Part shown: piece after piece, positions 48,513 through 57,637 of the stretch | Layout: each line of letters begins with the position of its first letter | Numbering within the stretch: the first letter of the stretch is position 1 | Assembly: GCA_040389905.1 (NCBI GenBank) | Contig: JAZJZK010000023.1 | Span: 128,407-192,406, forward strand | Reading direction: 5' to 3' | Source: Gemmatimonadota bacterium | GTDB lineage: Bacteria; Gemmatimonadota; Gemmatimonadetes; Gemmatimonadales; Gemmatimonadaceae | DNA: 64,000 nucleotides | Program-made: the position numbers and the translations under genes | The notes under the pieces: generated by a model | Databases searched by the model: none | The model's input: only the letters and a program-made list of their open reading frames with translations | What the model was told of the DNA's origin: nothing

Positions 48513-49787
48513 ATGCGCCGCCTAGCCAGAAACCTCACATTTCAGGTCCTCCTCGCCATCACGCTCGGTGCGCTGCTCGGCTTTTTCGCGCCCGACGCCG
48601 GCAAGGCCATGAAGCCCGTTGGCGACACGTTCGTGAACCTCGTGAAAATGATCATCACACCAGTCATTTTCCTCACGATCGTTCTCGGCATTGCCAGCAT
48701 GAGCGACCTCAAGAAGGTCGGCCGAGTGGGAGGCAAGGCGCTGCTGTACTTCGAAGTCGTGACGACCTTCGCGCTCGCGATCGGCATGTTCGTCGTCAAC
48801 ATCACGAAGCCAGGTGCGGGGCTCGACGTCAGCGCGCTCGGAAAGGGCGACATCTCCAAGTACGCCGAGGCCGGCAAGGCGCTCACCTTCGTGGACTTTG
48901 TGACGCACATCGTGCCGACGAGCGTCGTGGGTGCGTTTGCGAATGGCGATGTCCTTCAGGTTGTGTTCTTCGCCGTGCTGTTCGGCATTGCACTCGCCTT
49001 TACGGGAGACGCGGGACTTCCAGTCACCGACTTCCTGGATCGGCTGTCACGCGTGTTTTTCCGCATCGTCGCGATCGTGATGAAGGTGGCACCCATCGGT
49101 GCATTCGGTGCCATGGCGTACACGGTCGGTGCGTTCGGCGTGAAGGCATTGGTGCCGCTCGGTCGCCTCATGCTCGATGTCTATCTCACGATGTTCCTGT
49201 TCATCTTCATCGTGCTGAACCTGATCCTGCGTGCGTACGGTTTCTCGCTCTGGCAGTACCTCACGTTCATTCGCGAAGAAATCCTCATCGTACTCGGCAC
49301 GTCGTCGAGCGAGGCGGCACTCCCGCGCATGCTCGCGAAGATGGAGAAGTACGGGTGTTCGCGGTCGGTCGTCGGGCTCGTCATACCCGCCGGCTACTCG
49401 TTCAACCTCGACGGGACGTCGATCTATCTATCGATGGCGACGATCTTCATCGCGCAGGCGTTCAAGGTCAACCTGACGATTGCACAACAACTGAGCGTCC
49501 TCGGCGTGTTGATGCTCACGTCGAAAGGCGCCGCCGGCGTTACGGGCTCCGGCTTCATCGTCCTTGCGAGCACGCTCTCGGCGATGCAGGTCGTGCCGAT
49601 CGAAGGTGTGGCCATCCTGCTGGGTGTCGATCGCTTCATGAGCGAGGCGCGCGCGATTACGAACCTGATTGGAAACGGTGCGGCAACGCTCGTCATTGCG
49701 CGCAGCGAGAATTCATTCGATGAGTCGGTCCGCGTGGCCGGCATCGCCGATCTGCACGCGGAACGCATTGCCGGCGCCGCGGCGTAA
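48513..49787 (+). CDS. dctA: C4-dicarboxylate transporter (DAACS family)
   Basis: LVKMIITPVIF, KVGRVGGKALLYFE, LGTSSSE, GYSFNLDGTSIY, TSKGAAGVTGSGF, DRFMSEARA. Confidence 0.96.
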   Translation: MRRLARNLTFQVLLAITLGALLGFFAPDAGKAMKPVGDTFVNLVKMIITPVIFLTIVLGIASMSDLKKVGRVGGKALLYFEVVTTFALAIGMFVVNITKPGAGLDVSALGKGDISKYAEAGKALTFVDFVTHIVPTSVVGAFANGDVLQVVFFAVLFGIALAFTGDAGLPVTDFLDRLSRVFFRIVAIVMKVAPIGAFGAMAYTVGAFGVKALVPLGRLMLDVYLTMFLFIFIVLNLILRAYGFSLWQYLTFIREEILIVLGTSSSEAALPRMLAKMEKYGCSRSVVGLVIPAGYSFNLDGTSIYLSMATIFIAQAFKVNLTIAQQLSVLGVLMLTSKGAAGVTGSGFIVLASTLSAMQVVPIEGVAILLGVDRFMSEARAITNLIGNGAATLVIARSENSFDESVRVAGIADLHAERIAGAAA

Positions 49788-49811
49788 CCCCCACCTCGGA
49801 TTACCAACCCC

Positions 49812-50198
49812 ATGACCCACCACCCCATCCACGCGGCCGACCTTCCGAAGCCCGTTGGTCCCTACTCGCCCGGCATGGGATTCGAGCGCCTCATCTTTGT
49901 CTCCGGTCAGGGCGCGACGGACCCTGCCACAGGACAGCTTGCCGGAGCGGGTGCGGCAGCGCAGACGGCGCAATGCCTGGCCAACGTCCGCACGATTCTC
50001 CAGGCGGCGGGGAGCGATCTCCAATACGTGCTCCGCTGCGGCGTCTTCCTTCTCGACATGGGAGAATTTCAGGAAATGAATGGCGTTTACGAGCGTGTTT
50101 TCGGCGAGCATCGGCCGGCGCGGACGACCATTCAGGCCGCGGGGCTTCCAGGCGTCGGTCTTCGAGTCGAAATCGATTGTATCGCGTACGTGCCTTGA
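49812..50198 (+). CDS. RidA/YjgF family protein
   Basis: PVGPYSP, FVSGQ, MN.VY...F..HRPARTTI, VEIDCIA. Confidence 0.93.
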   Translation: MTHHPIHAADLPKPVGPYSPGMGFERLIFVSGQGATDPATGQLAGAGAAAQTAQCLANVRTILQAAGSDLQYVLRCGVFLLDMGEFQEMNGVYERVFGEHRPARTTIQAAGLPGVGLRVEIDCIAYVP

Positions 50199-50223
50199 AA
50201 ATGTAGTCGCGGGAGCCTACATT
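50195..50223 (+). promoter_or_regulatory. Sigma70 promoter with overlapping palindromic operator for the TA operon
   Basis: TTGAAA-N17-TACATT 5 nt before ATG 50229; AATGTAG-N10-CTACATT inverted repeat. Confidence 0.7.
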
Positions 50224-50228
50224 CGGGG

Positions 50229-50525
50229 ATGCGCACTATCGGCATCAGGGAACTCAAGGCTCAGCTGAGCCAAGCCATCCGTGACGTTCAGGGCGGAGAA
50301 ACCCTGCTCGTCACCGATCGCGGCAGGGTCGTCGCTGAACTCCGGCGTCCCGACGCGGCTCAGTCCGCTGCGGGTACGCCACAGGCGCGCGCGCTCGCAC
50401 GCATGGTTGCTGACGGGCACCTGAAAGTTGCGGAGCGGCAGCGTGTCTGGTATGCGGCGTCGCCGCTGCGTTCAGAGGCTGGGCTCGCGCGCGAGCTTCT
50501 GGATGAGGAGCGCGGCGACGGTTGA
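50229..50525 (+). CDS. Phd/YefM family antitoxin
   Basis: MRTIGIRELKAQLS..IR.V..GE...VTDRG.VVAEL. Confidence 0.9.
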   Translation: MRTIGIRELKAQLSQAIRDVQGGETLLVTDRGRVVAELRRPDAAQSAAGTPQARALARMVADGHLKVAERQRVWYAASPLRSEAGLARELLDEERGDG

Positions 50526-50944
50526 TCGTCTACGCAGAGTCGGGCGCAGTGCTCGCCTGGCTCCTCGGCGAGCCATCGCAGGAGCAGACGCTCGACATCT
50601 TGCGGCGTGCGGAGCGTGTTGTCGCGTCAACACTCACGGGGCTCGAGTGCGCTCGCGGTCTCGCGAGAGCGAAAGCTGCCAATCGAATCTCGGAAACGGA
50701 CGAACTTGCGGCGCTCCGGTTACTCGATGTCGCCGAGTCTACCTGGGACCTACTCGACCTGGCGGGACGCGTGATCGAGGACGCGCGGGGCGCGTTTCCC
50801 GTCGAACCGGTCCGGTCGCTCGACGCCATTCATCTCGCGACGGCCCTGATGTTTCAGGAGGCGTTCGGACCGGTTGTCATGTTGTCCTTCGACGACCGCA
50901 TTCGAGCAAATGCGACCGCATTGGGATTAAGCGTCGCTGGCTGA
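50522..50944 (+). CDS. vapC: PIN-domain toxin
   Basis: IVYAES, T.LEC, VRSLDAIHLATA, LSFDDR; TTG start overlaps the antitoxin stop. Confidence 0.88.
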   Translation: MIVYAESGAVLAWLLGEPSQEQTLDILRRAERVVASTLTGLECARGLARAKAANRISETDELAALRLLDVAESTWDLLDLAGRVIEDARGAFPVEPVRSLDAIHLATALMFQEAFGPVVMLSFDDRIRANATALGLSVAG

Positions 50945-50995
50945 TCATTCTCGCGAAGCAGGCAGCAGCGCAAGCGAAACACGGTTCACGCTATT

Positions 50996-51089
50996 ACCGC
51001 AGCGGGCGCAGAGGCGCAGCGGTTCGCAGAGGAAAGCGTAACAACAGGTGCAGGCCCTTCGCTTCGCTCAGGGCGACAAAACAAGCGGA
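50996..51089. repeat. Half composite element: GCAGAGG-type left arm plus type B REP
   Basis: ACCGCAGCGGGCGCAGAGGCGCAGCGGTTCGCAGAGGAAAGCGTAACAACAGGTGCAGGCCCTTCGCTTCGCTCAGGGCGACAAAAC. Confidence 0.8.
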
Positions 51090-51110
51090 ACCGCGCACGT
51101 CGCCCTGTAG

Positions 51111-51665
51111 CTAAATCTTGACGATGACGCCGCAGGCAATGCGGTTGCCGGTCGCGCCACTCGGGTCTGTTCGCTGGTCGTCCGGCAACGCATGGAGCAC
51201 GATCGCGCTTCCGTCCGCATCGAGCAGCGAGTTGGGACCCGGCGACAACGTGACGCGCGAGGTCCGAACCTCGAAGTGCGACTTGCCCATGTAGTCCACC
51301 GTGATCGCTTCGAGATCGCCCGCATGCGGTCCATCGGGAACCAGCAGACCGTGCTTCTTTCCAGCAGGATTGAAGTGTCCTCCGGCGGCGGCGAACATCT
51401 GCGCGGGCACGCACGAGCCGATGGCGTGAAAGTGGATGCCATGCTGACCCGGCGTTGCGCCGCGGCTCACCTCGATCTCGAGATCCACGCCACTCGCGCC
51501 AGGCTTCTCCGTCAGCTTGACGGAGCCGATCTCGCGGCCAAGGGTGTCGAGCAGGAAGGCCTTCGCGCGAATTGCGCCGTCATTCGGAATGACAGCGGCG
51601 CGGTTGCATGCGGCGGCGCCGATCAGCGAGATCAGGCCAATCGTCGAGAGTAGCGTGCGGCTCAT
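51111..51665 (-). CDS. sodC: Cu/Zn superoxide dismutase, lipoprotein
   Basis: HGIHFH..G.C, AGGHFNP..KHG, PHAGDL, IVLH..PDD, G..G.RIACG; AAAC lipobox. Confidence 0.93.
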   Translation of the reverse strand: MSRTLLSTIGLISLIGAAACNRAAVIPNDGAIRAKAFLLDTLGREIGSVKLTEKPGASGVDLEIEVSRGATPGQHGIHFHAIGSCVPAQMFAAAGGHFNPAGKKHGLLVPDGPHAGDLEAITVDYMGKSHFEVRTSRVTLSPGPNSLLDADGSAIVLHALPDDQRTDPSGATGNRIACGVIVKI

Positions 51666-51686
51666 AGTCGTCCGGTTGGGTGCGAG

Positions 51687-53654
51687 TCAGCTTTCTTGTG
51701 CTTCGTACATCTCCTTCAGCGAATTTACCACATTCGGATCGGCAAGCGTGGTCGTATCGCCCAGCGCGCGCCCTTCGGCGATGTCGCGCAGCAGGCGGCG
51801 CATGATTTTCCCCGAACGCGTCTTCGGCAAATCGGCGCTGAACAGGATGTCGTCCGGCCGAGCGATCGCGCCGATCTTCAGTGCCACGAACTCGCGGAGC
51901 TCGTCACGAAGGGCGGGGGTCTGTGTGAAGCCTTCGCGCAGTGTGACGAACGCCGCAAGCGCCTGACCCTTCAGCTCGTGCGCCTTGCCCACCACGGCAG
52001 CTTCGGCGACGGCCGGATGCTCCACGAGTGCGCTCTCCACTTCCATGGTGCCGATGCGATGTCCGGCGACGTTCAGCACATCGTCGACGCGGCCGAGGAT
52101 CCAGTAGTTCCCGTCGTCGTCGCGCTTGGCGCCGTCGCCGGGGAAGTAGATGTCCGGTCGTCCCGGCCACTTCGAGAAATACGTCTCGACGTAGCGGTTG
52201 TCGTCACCCCAGATGGTGCGGAGCATCGACGGCCATGGTCTCATGATCGCCAGCAGACCGCCGCCGACCGTGATCTCGTTCGCCTTCGCATCGAGCAGTG
52301 CCACCGTGAAGCCCGGCATCGGCGTGGTTGCGCTTCCCGGGGTCGTCGCCGTGATGCCCGGCAACGGAGAAATGGCGATGGCGCCCGTTTCCGTCTGCCA
52401 CCACGTGTCAACGATCGGACAGCGGTTTCCTCCGATGTGCTCGCGATACCACATCCACGCTTCGGGATTGATCGGCTCACCGACGGAGCCGAGGAGCCGC
52501 AGCCGCGACAGGTCATGCTTCGCGGGCCATTGGTCGCCCCATTTCATGAAGGCGCGAATGGCCGTGGGCGCGGTATACAGAATCGTGACGCCGTGCCGCT
52601 CGCAGATCTCCCAGAAGCGATCCTTTTCCGGCCAGTCGGGTGCGCCCTCGTACATCATGCACGTCGCGCCGTTCGCGAGCGGTCCGTAGACGAGATACGA
52701 GTGTCCCGTCACCCAGCCGACATCGGCGGTGCACCAGAAGACGTCGTCCTCCTTGAGGTCGAATACGAGCTTGGTGGACGACGCCGCGCCGACGAGGTAG
52801 CCGCCCGTGGTGTGCACGATGCCCTTCGGCTTGCCCGTCGTGCCGGAGGTATACAGGATGAAAAGAGGATCTTCCGCGTCCATTACTTCGGGCTCGCACC
52901 ACATCGGAGCATTGCGCATGAGGCGATGCCACCACTTGTCGCGGCCGTCGGTCATTTCCGCGCCCGCCTCGCCACTGACCGCACCGGCCCGCCGTTGCAC
53001 GACGATGCAATGCTCGATCGACGGTGTCTCCTCCATCGCCTTGTCCGCATTGCGCTTGAGCGGAACGATCGAGCCGCGACGATATCCGCCGTCTGCGGTG
53101 ATGAGCACCTTGCACTGGGAGTCGTTGATGCGGTCGCGCACGGATTCGGGGGAGAACCCACCGAAGATCACCGAGTGAATTGCGCCGATGCGTGCACATC
53201 CGAGCATCGCGATCGCGGCCTCGGGGATCAGCGGCAGATAGATCGCCACGCGGTCACCCCTCTTCACGCCGAGTGACTTGAGGACGTTCGCGAATTGATT
53301 GACCGCGACGTACATGTCCCAGTATGTCAGCGTGCGGCGGTCGCCGGGCTCGCCCTCGAAGACGAACGCCGCCTTGTTGCGGCGTGCGCCCTTGATGTGG
53401 CGGTCCACGCAATTGACCGACACGTTCAGCTTGCCGTTGACGAACCACTCGGCGTGGGGGGGCTTCCAGTCCAGCACCTGGGTCCACGGCGAGATCCACT
53501 CCAGCGACTTCGCCTGCTCCGCCCAATACGCCTCCGGATCGGCAGCCGCGCGCTCGTAGATCTCGGGCGTCGAGTCATTCGCCGCGGAACGGAACTCCGC
53601 GCTCGGCTCGAACTTGCGGTGCTCCTGCAGCAGGACGTCAATATCGTCGGACAT
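51687..53654 (-). CDS. acs: Acetyl-CoA synthetase (AMP-forming)
   Basis: [55 protein letters not shown]. Confidence 0.97.
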   Translation of the reverse strand: MSDDIDVLLQEHRKFEPSAEFRSAANDSTPEIYERAAADPEAYWAEQAKSLEWISPWTQVLDWKPPHAEWFVNGKLNVSVNCVDRHIKGARRNKAAFVFEGEPGDRRTLTYWDMYVAVNQFANVLKSLGVKRGDRVAIYLPLIPEAAIAMLGCARIGAIHSVIFGGFSPESVRDRINDSQCKVLITADGGYRRGSIVPLKRNADKAMEETPSIEHCIVVQRRAGAVSGEAGAEMTDGRDKWWHRLMRNAPMWCEPEVMDAEDPLFILYTSGTTGKPKGIVHTTGGYLVGAASSTKLVFDLKEDDVFWCTADVGWVTGHSYLVYGPLANGATCMMYEGAPDWPEKDRFWEICERHGVTILYTAPTAIRAFMKWGDQWPAKHDLSRLRLLGSVGEPINPEAWMWYREHIGGNRCPIVDTWWQTETGAIAISPLPGITATTPGSATTPMPGFTVALLDAKANEITVGGGLLAIMRPWPSMLRTIWGDDNRYVETYFSKWPGRPDIYFPGDGAKRDDDGNYWILGRVDDVLNVAGHRIGTMEVESALVEHPAVAEAAVVGKAHELKGQALAAFVTLREGFTQTPALRDELREFVALKIGAIARPDDILFSADLPKTRSGKIMRRLLRDIAEGRALGDTTTLADPNVVNSLKEMYEAQES

Positions 53655-53736
53655 GATGAGCGGCTCGTGGGAAGGCAGTAAGCGAGCATTCTGACGCGGT
53701 GCGGGCCGGGAATCAACCCATTGGACAAAGACCGTA

Positions 53737-53783
53737 ACAACAGGCGCTGGCCCGTCACGTCGTTCAGGCGACAGAACACGCGG
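53737..53783. repeat. Degenerate type B REP
   Basis: AACAACAGGCGCTGGCCCGTCACGTCGTTCAGGCGACAGAACACGCG. Confidence 0.55.
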
Positions 53784-53989
53784 GATCTGGAGCCGGACTG
53801 GCGCTTTGCACAAAGCGGGCTCATGTTGGCTAGCCCCCGTTTACGCCAGCCGCGCACCCTAAGCGCTGAATCGGCGTGTTGAACGCTTTGAGCTCAGGCG
53901 GCGCCGCCTCCTCAAGCGCACGAGATGCCCCTCCCGTTTTGACTCGCCGGCAGACGCCGGCCAAGAGTCCGGTGCGAGAACACCACGGC

Positions 53990-56900
53990 ATGGCAATCAC
54001 CGAATCGCGTACCCTGCACTTCGACCTCGCACACATCACCTGCGATAGCCCGCTCACCTTCCATCAGTCGCTGAAGGACTACGCGGTCAGTGAACACACC
54101 GACGCGAGCCGCGCGGCCGCCCGGGAGGAGTATGCGTTCCTGAAGCTGATCCCGGACAAGAATCTCACGCATTTCGTCGATGTCCCGGACATCTCGCGCG
54201 ACCAGCTGGTGCTCACGTACATCACGAAGCGCAAGGTCATCGGGGACCAAGAGGTCGATGCACCAATCCATCTGGGCGTGTATCTGCCCGCGATCGGCCT
54301 CGCGCATGCGGCCACCTGGATCAAGGCCAACCGCGCCCCCGGCGTGGTCGGAGGTGTGGGCGGGGTGCATCACGCGCTCGCTCGCTTCGGCGTGACGCCG
54401 GAGAGCTTCGCCGCTACCGTGGGAAGCGACGCCGACCCGGAGTTTCCGGCGCACATCAACACCCTTCAAGACGCCACCGACGCGGCGGTCGGGCTGCTGT
54501 TTCATCATCCGACGCTGATCAACCTCAACACCGACAACAGCAGCGCGATTCCCGCCTACATCATCACCCAGCACATCGTGCCCGCGGTGCAGTACGCCAA
54601 TGATCTCATGGACGAGATCTTCATGGATGGTGATGGCTATCTGGTGACGAGTACCTACACTGCGGCCGATGGCACACAGGTGACGTCAACGTTGCCGAGC
54701 ACCGATGTGCAGCAAGTCGTTGCGGGCTCGCTGACGATGGCAATTCGGACGTCGCAAGCGGATACACAACTCCTCGGACAGCAGTGGAACTACCAATACA
54801 GTTCCACGAGTGCGCCGTACGGAGGTACGATGCAGTCGTCGCCGTCCTCGCCGGCCCACTCCGATGTAATTGAAGTGGCGTTGGACGTGGCGCCCGGTGG
54901 GACGACGTGGGTCGCGCGCAACGTGTCGCAGACGAACGGCCTGAGCATCGGCACTCCCACCGTGACACCGCCCCCTGCCGGCGACAGCTGGTATGCGTAT
55001 GGCGTGTGGTCGCAGAACGACGTCGCGCCGATGAAGCCATTCAGCGCCGCGATGCTCGCCGCGCTCCAGGGCGGCACCCTGTATCTCCAGGTCGCCGCGA
55101 CCGGTACGACGGCATTCACGATGTCTGGCCAACTCGTGCTTGGAACGACGCCCGATCCCACGACGGGATTGACCACGGTTTCCGTCACCCTGGCCCCGGT
55201 TGGCACGCCGCCGGCCACGCTGCCCACGACGAGTGTCACCATGACGCTCAACTCGGGCAAGACGGGGCTGACCTACGAAATCACCGCTGACGGGTTGGGC
55301 ACGTCGGCAACGTGCGGTTTCTTCACCATCACGGGCGGAGCCGCGCCGGTCGAGGTGTGTGCGCTTCCATTCAGCAACTACGGCGACTTCGGGACCATTA
55401 CCGTCGATTGCACGAACACCTACCTGCGGCATCTCTCGGTGTACGTGCAGTACCTCGGCGTTGGAGGCAAGGTTCTCGCACCACCCACGAGCTGGGTCGA
55501 CGGATTGCCATCGTGGCTCGTCGACACTTTCCAGTCTGATCCGACAAAGAAATTCCTCAGCGTCGTTTCGCCGGTGACGACGGTCTTCGGGATTCCCGTG
55601 CCGGCGACGCCCACGACGCTGAGCATTCCGATCTGGGAGGAAGTCAGCACGGTCAGGCTGCTGTGGGGAGGACTCGGCTGCGGCAACTACGATGCCGGGG
55701 TGTGTCCTGTCGGCATCGTGTTGACGGCGTTGTGCGAGTTGGTCATGCCGCCGTTCATGATGGTCGCTGGTGCGGCGATCACGAACTCGAAGTTCGTCGT
55801 GGGCCTGATGGCCGACAAGGAAGTCCTGTACGCCGTGTGTGCGGCCGGTGCGTTTCTGGTTTCCGGTCCGACCGCGGCGTACATCGCGCTGTCACAGGAT
55901 CCGAGCGGCGCGGCAACGGGGCTAACGGAAAAGTTTGCGCCGGAACTCCTCTCGGCGACCACCTCGCTCGGGAAGTGGGTCGCGGAACAGATCGTCAAGG
56001 GCACGGCCGAAAAGGCGACGCCGTTCATCGACGTTGCGCTAGCGATCGTCAATGGCGCCGCCACGGCGGCGGAGCTCGCGATGACGATCATCGACGTGTT
56101 GGACTCACCCTTCGTCTACGAGACGGATTTCGTCTCATCGGTGGATATCGTCGTTACGCTCAACCCAGACCCGCGTTTCAACAAGTTCCCCGACTACCAC
56201 GATCATTTCACCGTCACCGTGTCGTACGATGTGGGCACGACCTTGCCGACCAAGAACTTCAATCTTCCAATCACGACACAGAGCGACCCGATCACCGTGA
56301 CGTTCACCGCCGTTCCCGCCGGAGGAATGGCGTGCGTGCAGGCGTTCTTCTATGCGGCGAACGACTGGCAGTCGGGACAGGGCGTGAGTGAATGGGTGTC
56401 GGTTGTGGGAGGGACGAATGGAGACGTTGCGATTGCCCTCACGATTACGACAAACGAGGTCACGCTCACCAAGAGCTCCGTGTACTACCATGTGCAGAAG
56501 CTCGCACTGGTCGACAATGTGCTGACATGGCAAGCGGCGCTGGACGCGCCACCAACGGCGACCATCAAGACCACGCCGCCGCCCTTTTTGAAACAGGGCC
56601 AGGCCGTCATGAACTACTGCGGGATCACGATGAATCAGCAGGCCGAGATGATCGGCCTTTCGTACCAGGCGAGTGGGCTGGGTCTCCCGCAGGACTTCGT
56701 GGGCTCGCAGATCTCCAACGATGCGCTCTTCATGGTGGAGAATCTCTCGCTGCTCGCGAATCCGGAGACAGGGACGAGCGTGCCGCCGGTTGCGTTCTCG
56801 GGTACGGCGGGCATGGCGTATAACATGGCGGCGGCCCAAGGTTCGACGGGCACGTCGTTCTTCCTCGACAGCAGCCCGGGAAAGTTCAACGCGACGAGCA

Positions 56901-57637
56901 ATCCCGCCGGCGGCGTGCACGCGCGCAGCATTGTACTGACGCCCAACACGCCGCCGACCTTCGGCACAAACTCCAATTCGAGTTACGGACGCTTTCCCTC
57001 CCCACTGCTGCGTTACGTCGTTCATCCGCAGGGCATCATCTTCGGTATCAGCCTGGATACCCACAAGATCTTCATCCTGACGCTCGCCAGTGTGCCCGGT
57101 CCCGACGCGTCAGCGCCGCTGGCGACGCTCGCCTCGGGTCAGGGGTTTCGTGATGGCCTCATTTCCGGTCCGGCCGGTATCGCGGTCGCACTCGACGGAC
57201 GTGTGCTGATCCTCGAGTCGCTCAACCAGCGCATCCAGGCGTTTGACACGCGCGGCAAGCCGGTGCCGTACTTCGCCGGCATTCCGAGTCCGTTGAATCC
57301 AACGCCGGGCTTGGTGCCCACGATGTTGCTCCGCTCGACGCCGAACGCCACCTATCTCGACCTCTCGGTGGAATCCTTCGGCTACATCTACGTCCTCTAC
57401 TATACCGGCGACGGTTCGCAGCCGAGCGACTACGCCGTGGACATCTATCAGCCGAACGGGAAGTTCCTCGCCTCCACGCCCAATGTTGCCGCGGCGAACC
57501 TTGTCGTGGACATCCTCCGAAACATGTGGACGATGAACTACGAGACGATCCTCGATGCGCACGGCTTGCCGCAACCATCGGTGAGTCAATGGATGCCGCC
57601 GGCGCCTCCGCCTCCTCCGTCGGGGGGGAGCGTCTGA
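53990..57637 (+). CDS. Large multidomain hypothetical protein (1215 aa): CHRD-like insert, hydrophobic helical core, C-terminal NHL-like propeller
   Basis: Long ORF with strong GC3 bias; GPAGIAVALDGRVLILESLNQRIQAFD is NHL-like; no signal peptide seen. Confidence 0.9.
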   Translation: MAITESRTLHFDLAHITCDSPLTFHQSLKDYAVSEHTDASRAAAREEYAFLKLIPDKNLTHFVDVPDISRDQLVLTYITKRKVIGDQEVDAPIHLGVYLPAIGLAHAATWIKANRAPGVVGGVGGVHHALARFGVTPESFAATVGSDADPEFPAHINTLQDATDAAVGLLFHHPTLINLNTDNSSAIPAYIITQHIVPAVQYANDLMDEIFMDGDGYLVTSTYTAADGTQVTSTLPSTDVQQVVAGSLTMAIRTSQADTQLLGQQWNYQYSSTSAPYGGTMQSSPSSPAHSDVIEVALDVAPGGTTWVARNVSQTNGLSIGTPTVTPPPAGDSWYAYGVWSQNDVAPMKPFSAAMLAALQGGTLYLQVAATGTTAFTMSGQLVLGTTPDPTTGLTTVSVTLAPVGTPPATLPTTSVTMTLNSGKTGLTYEITADGLGTSATCGFFTITGGAAPVEVCALPFSNYGDFGTITVDCTNTYLRHLSVYVQYLGVGGKVLAPPTSWVDGLPSWLVDTFQSDPTKKFLSVVSPVTTVFGIPVPATPTTLSIPIWEEVSTVRLLWGGLGCGNYDAGVCPVGIVLTALCELVMPPFMMVAGAAITNSKFVVGLMADKEVLYAVCAAGAFLVSGPTAAYIALSQDPSGAATGLTEKFAPELLSATTSLGKWVAEQIVKGTAEKATPFIDVALAIVNGAATAAELAMTIIDVLDSPFVYETDFVSSVDIVVTLNPDPRFNKFPDYHDHFTVTVSYDVGTTLPTKNFNLPITTQSDPITVTFTAVPAGGMACVQAFFYAANDWQSGQGVSEWVSVVGGTNGDVAIALTITTNEVTLTKSSVYYHVQKLALVDNVLTWQAALDAPPTATIKTTPPPFLKQGQAVMNYCGITMNQQAEMIGLSYQASGLGLPQDFVGSQISNDALFMVENLSLLANPETGTSVPPVAFSGTAGMAYNMAAAQGSTGTSFFLDSSPGKFNATSNPAGGVHARSIVLTPNTPPTFGTNSNSSYGRFPSPLLRYVVHPQGIIFGISLDTHKIFILTLASVPGPDASAPLATLASGQGFRDGLISGPAGIAVALDGRVLILESLNQRIQAFDTRGKPVPYFAGIPSPLNPTPGLVPTMLLRSTPNATYLDLSVESFGYIYVLYYTGDGSQPSDYAVDIYQPNGKFLASTPNVAAANLVVDILRNMWTMNYETILDAHGLPQPSVSQWMPPAPPPPPSGGSV

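Noticed and set aside
51696..53276. Long antisense ORFs (e.g. 526 aa opposite acs, 353 aa at 7910, 358 aa at 28399)
   Set aside because: Shadow ORFs of well-supported genes; compositionally biased with no motifs
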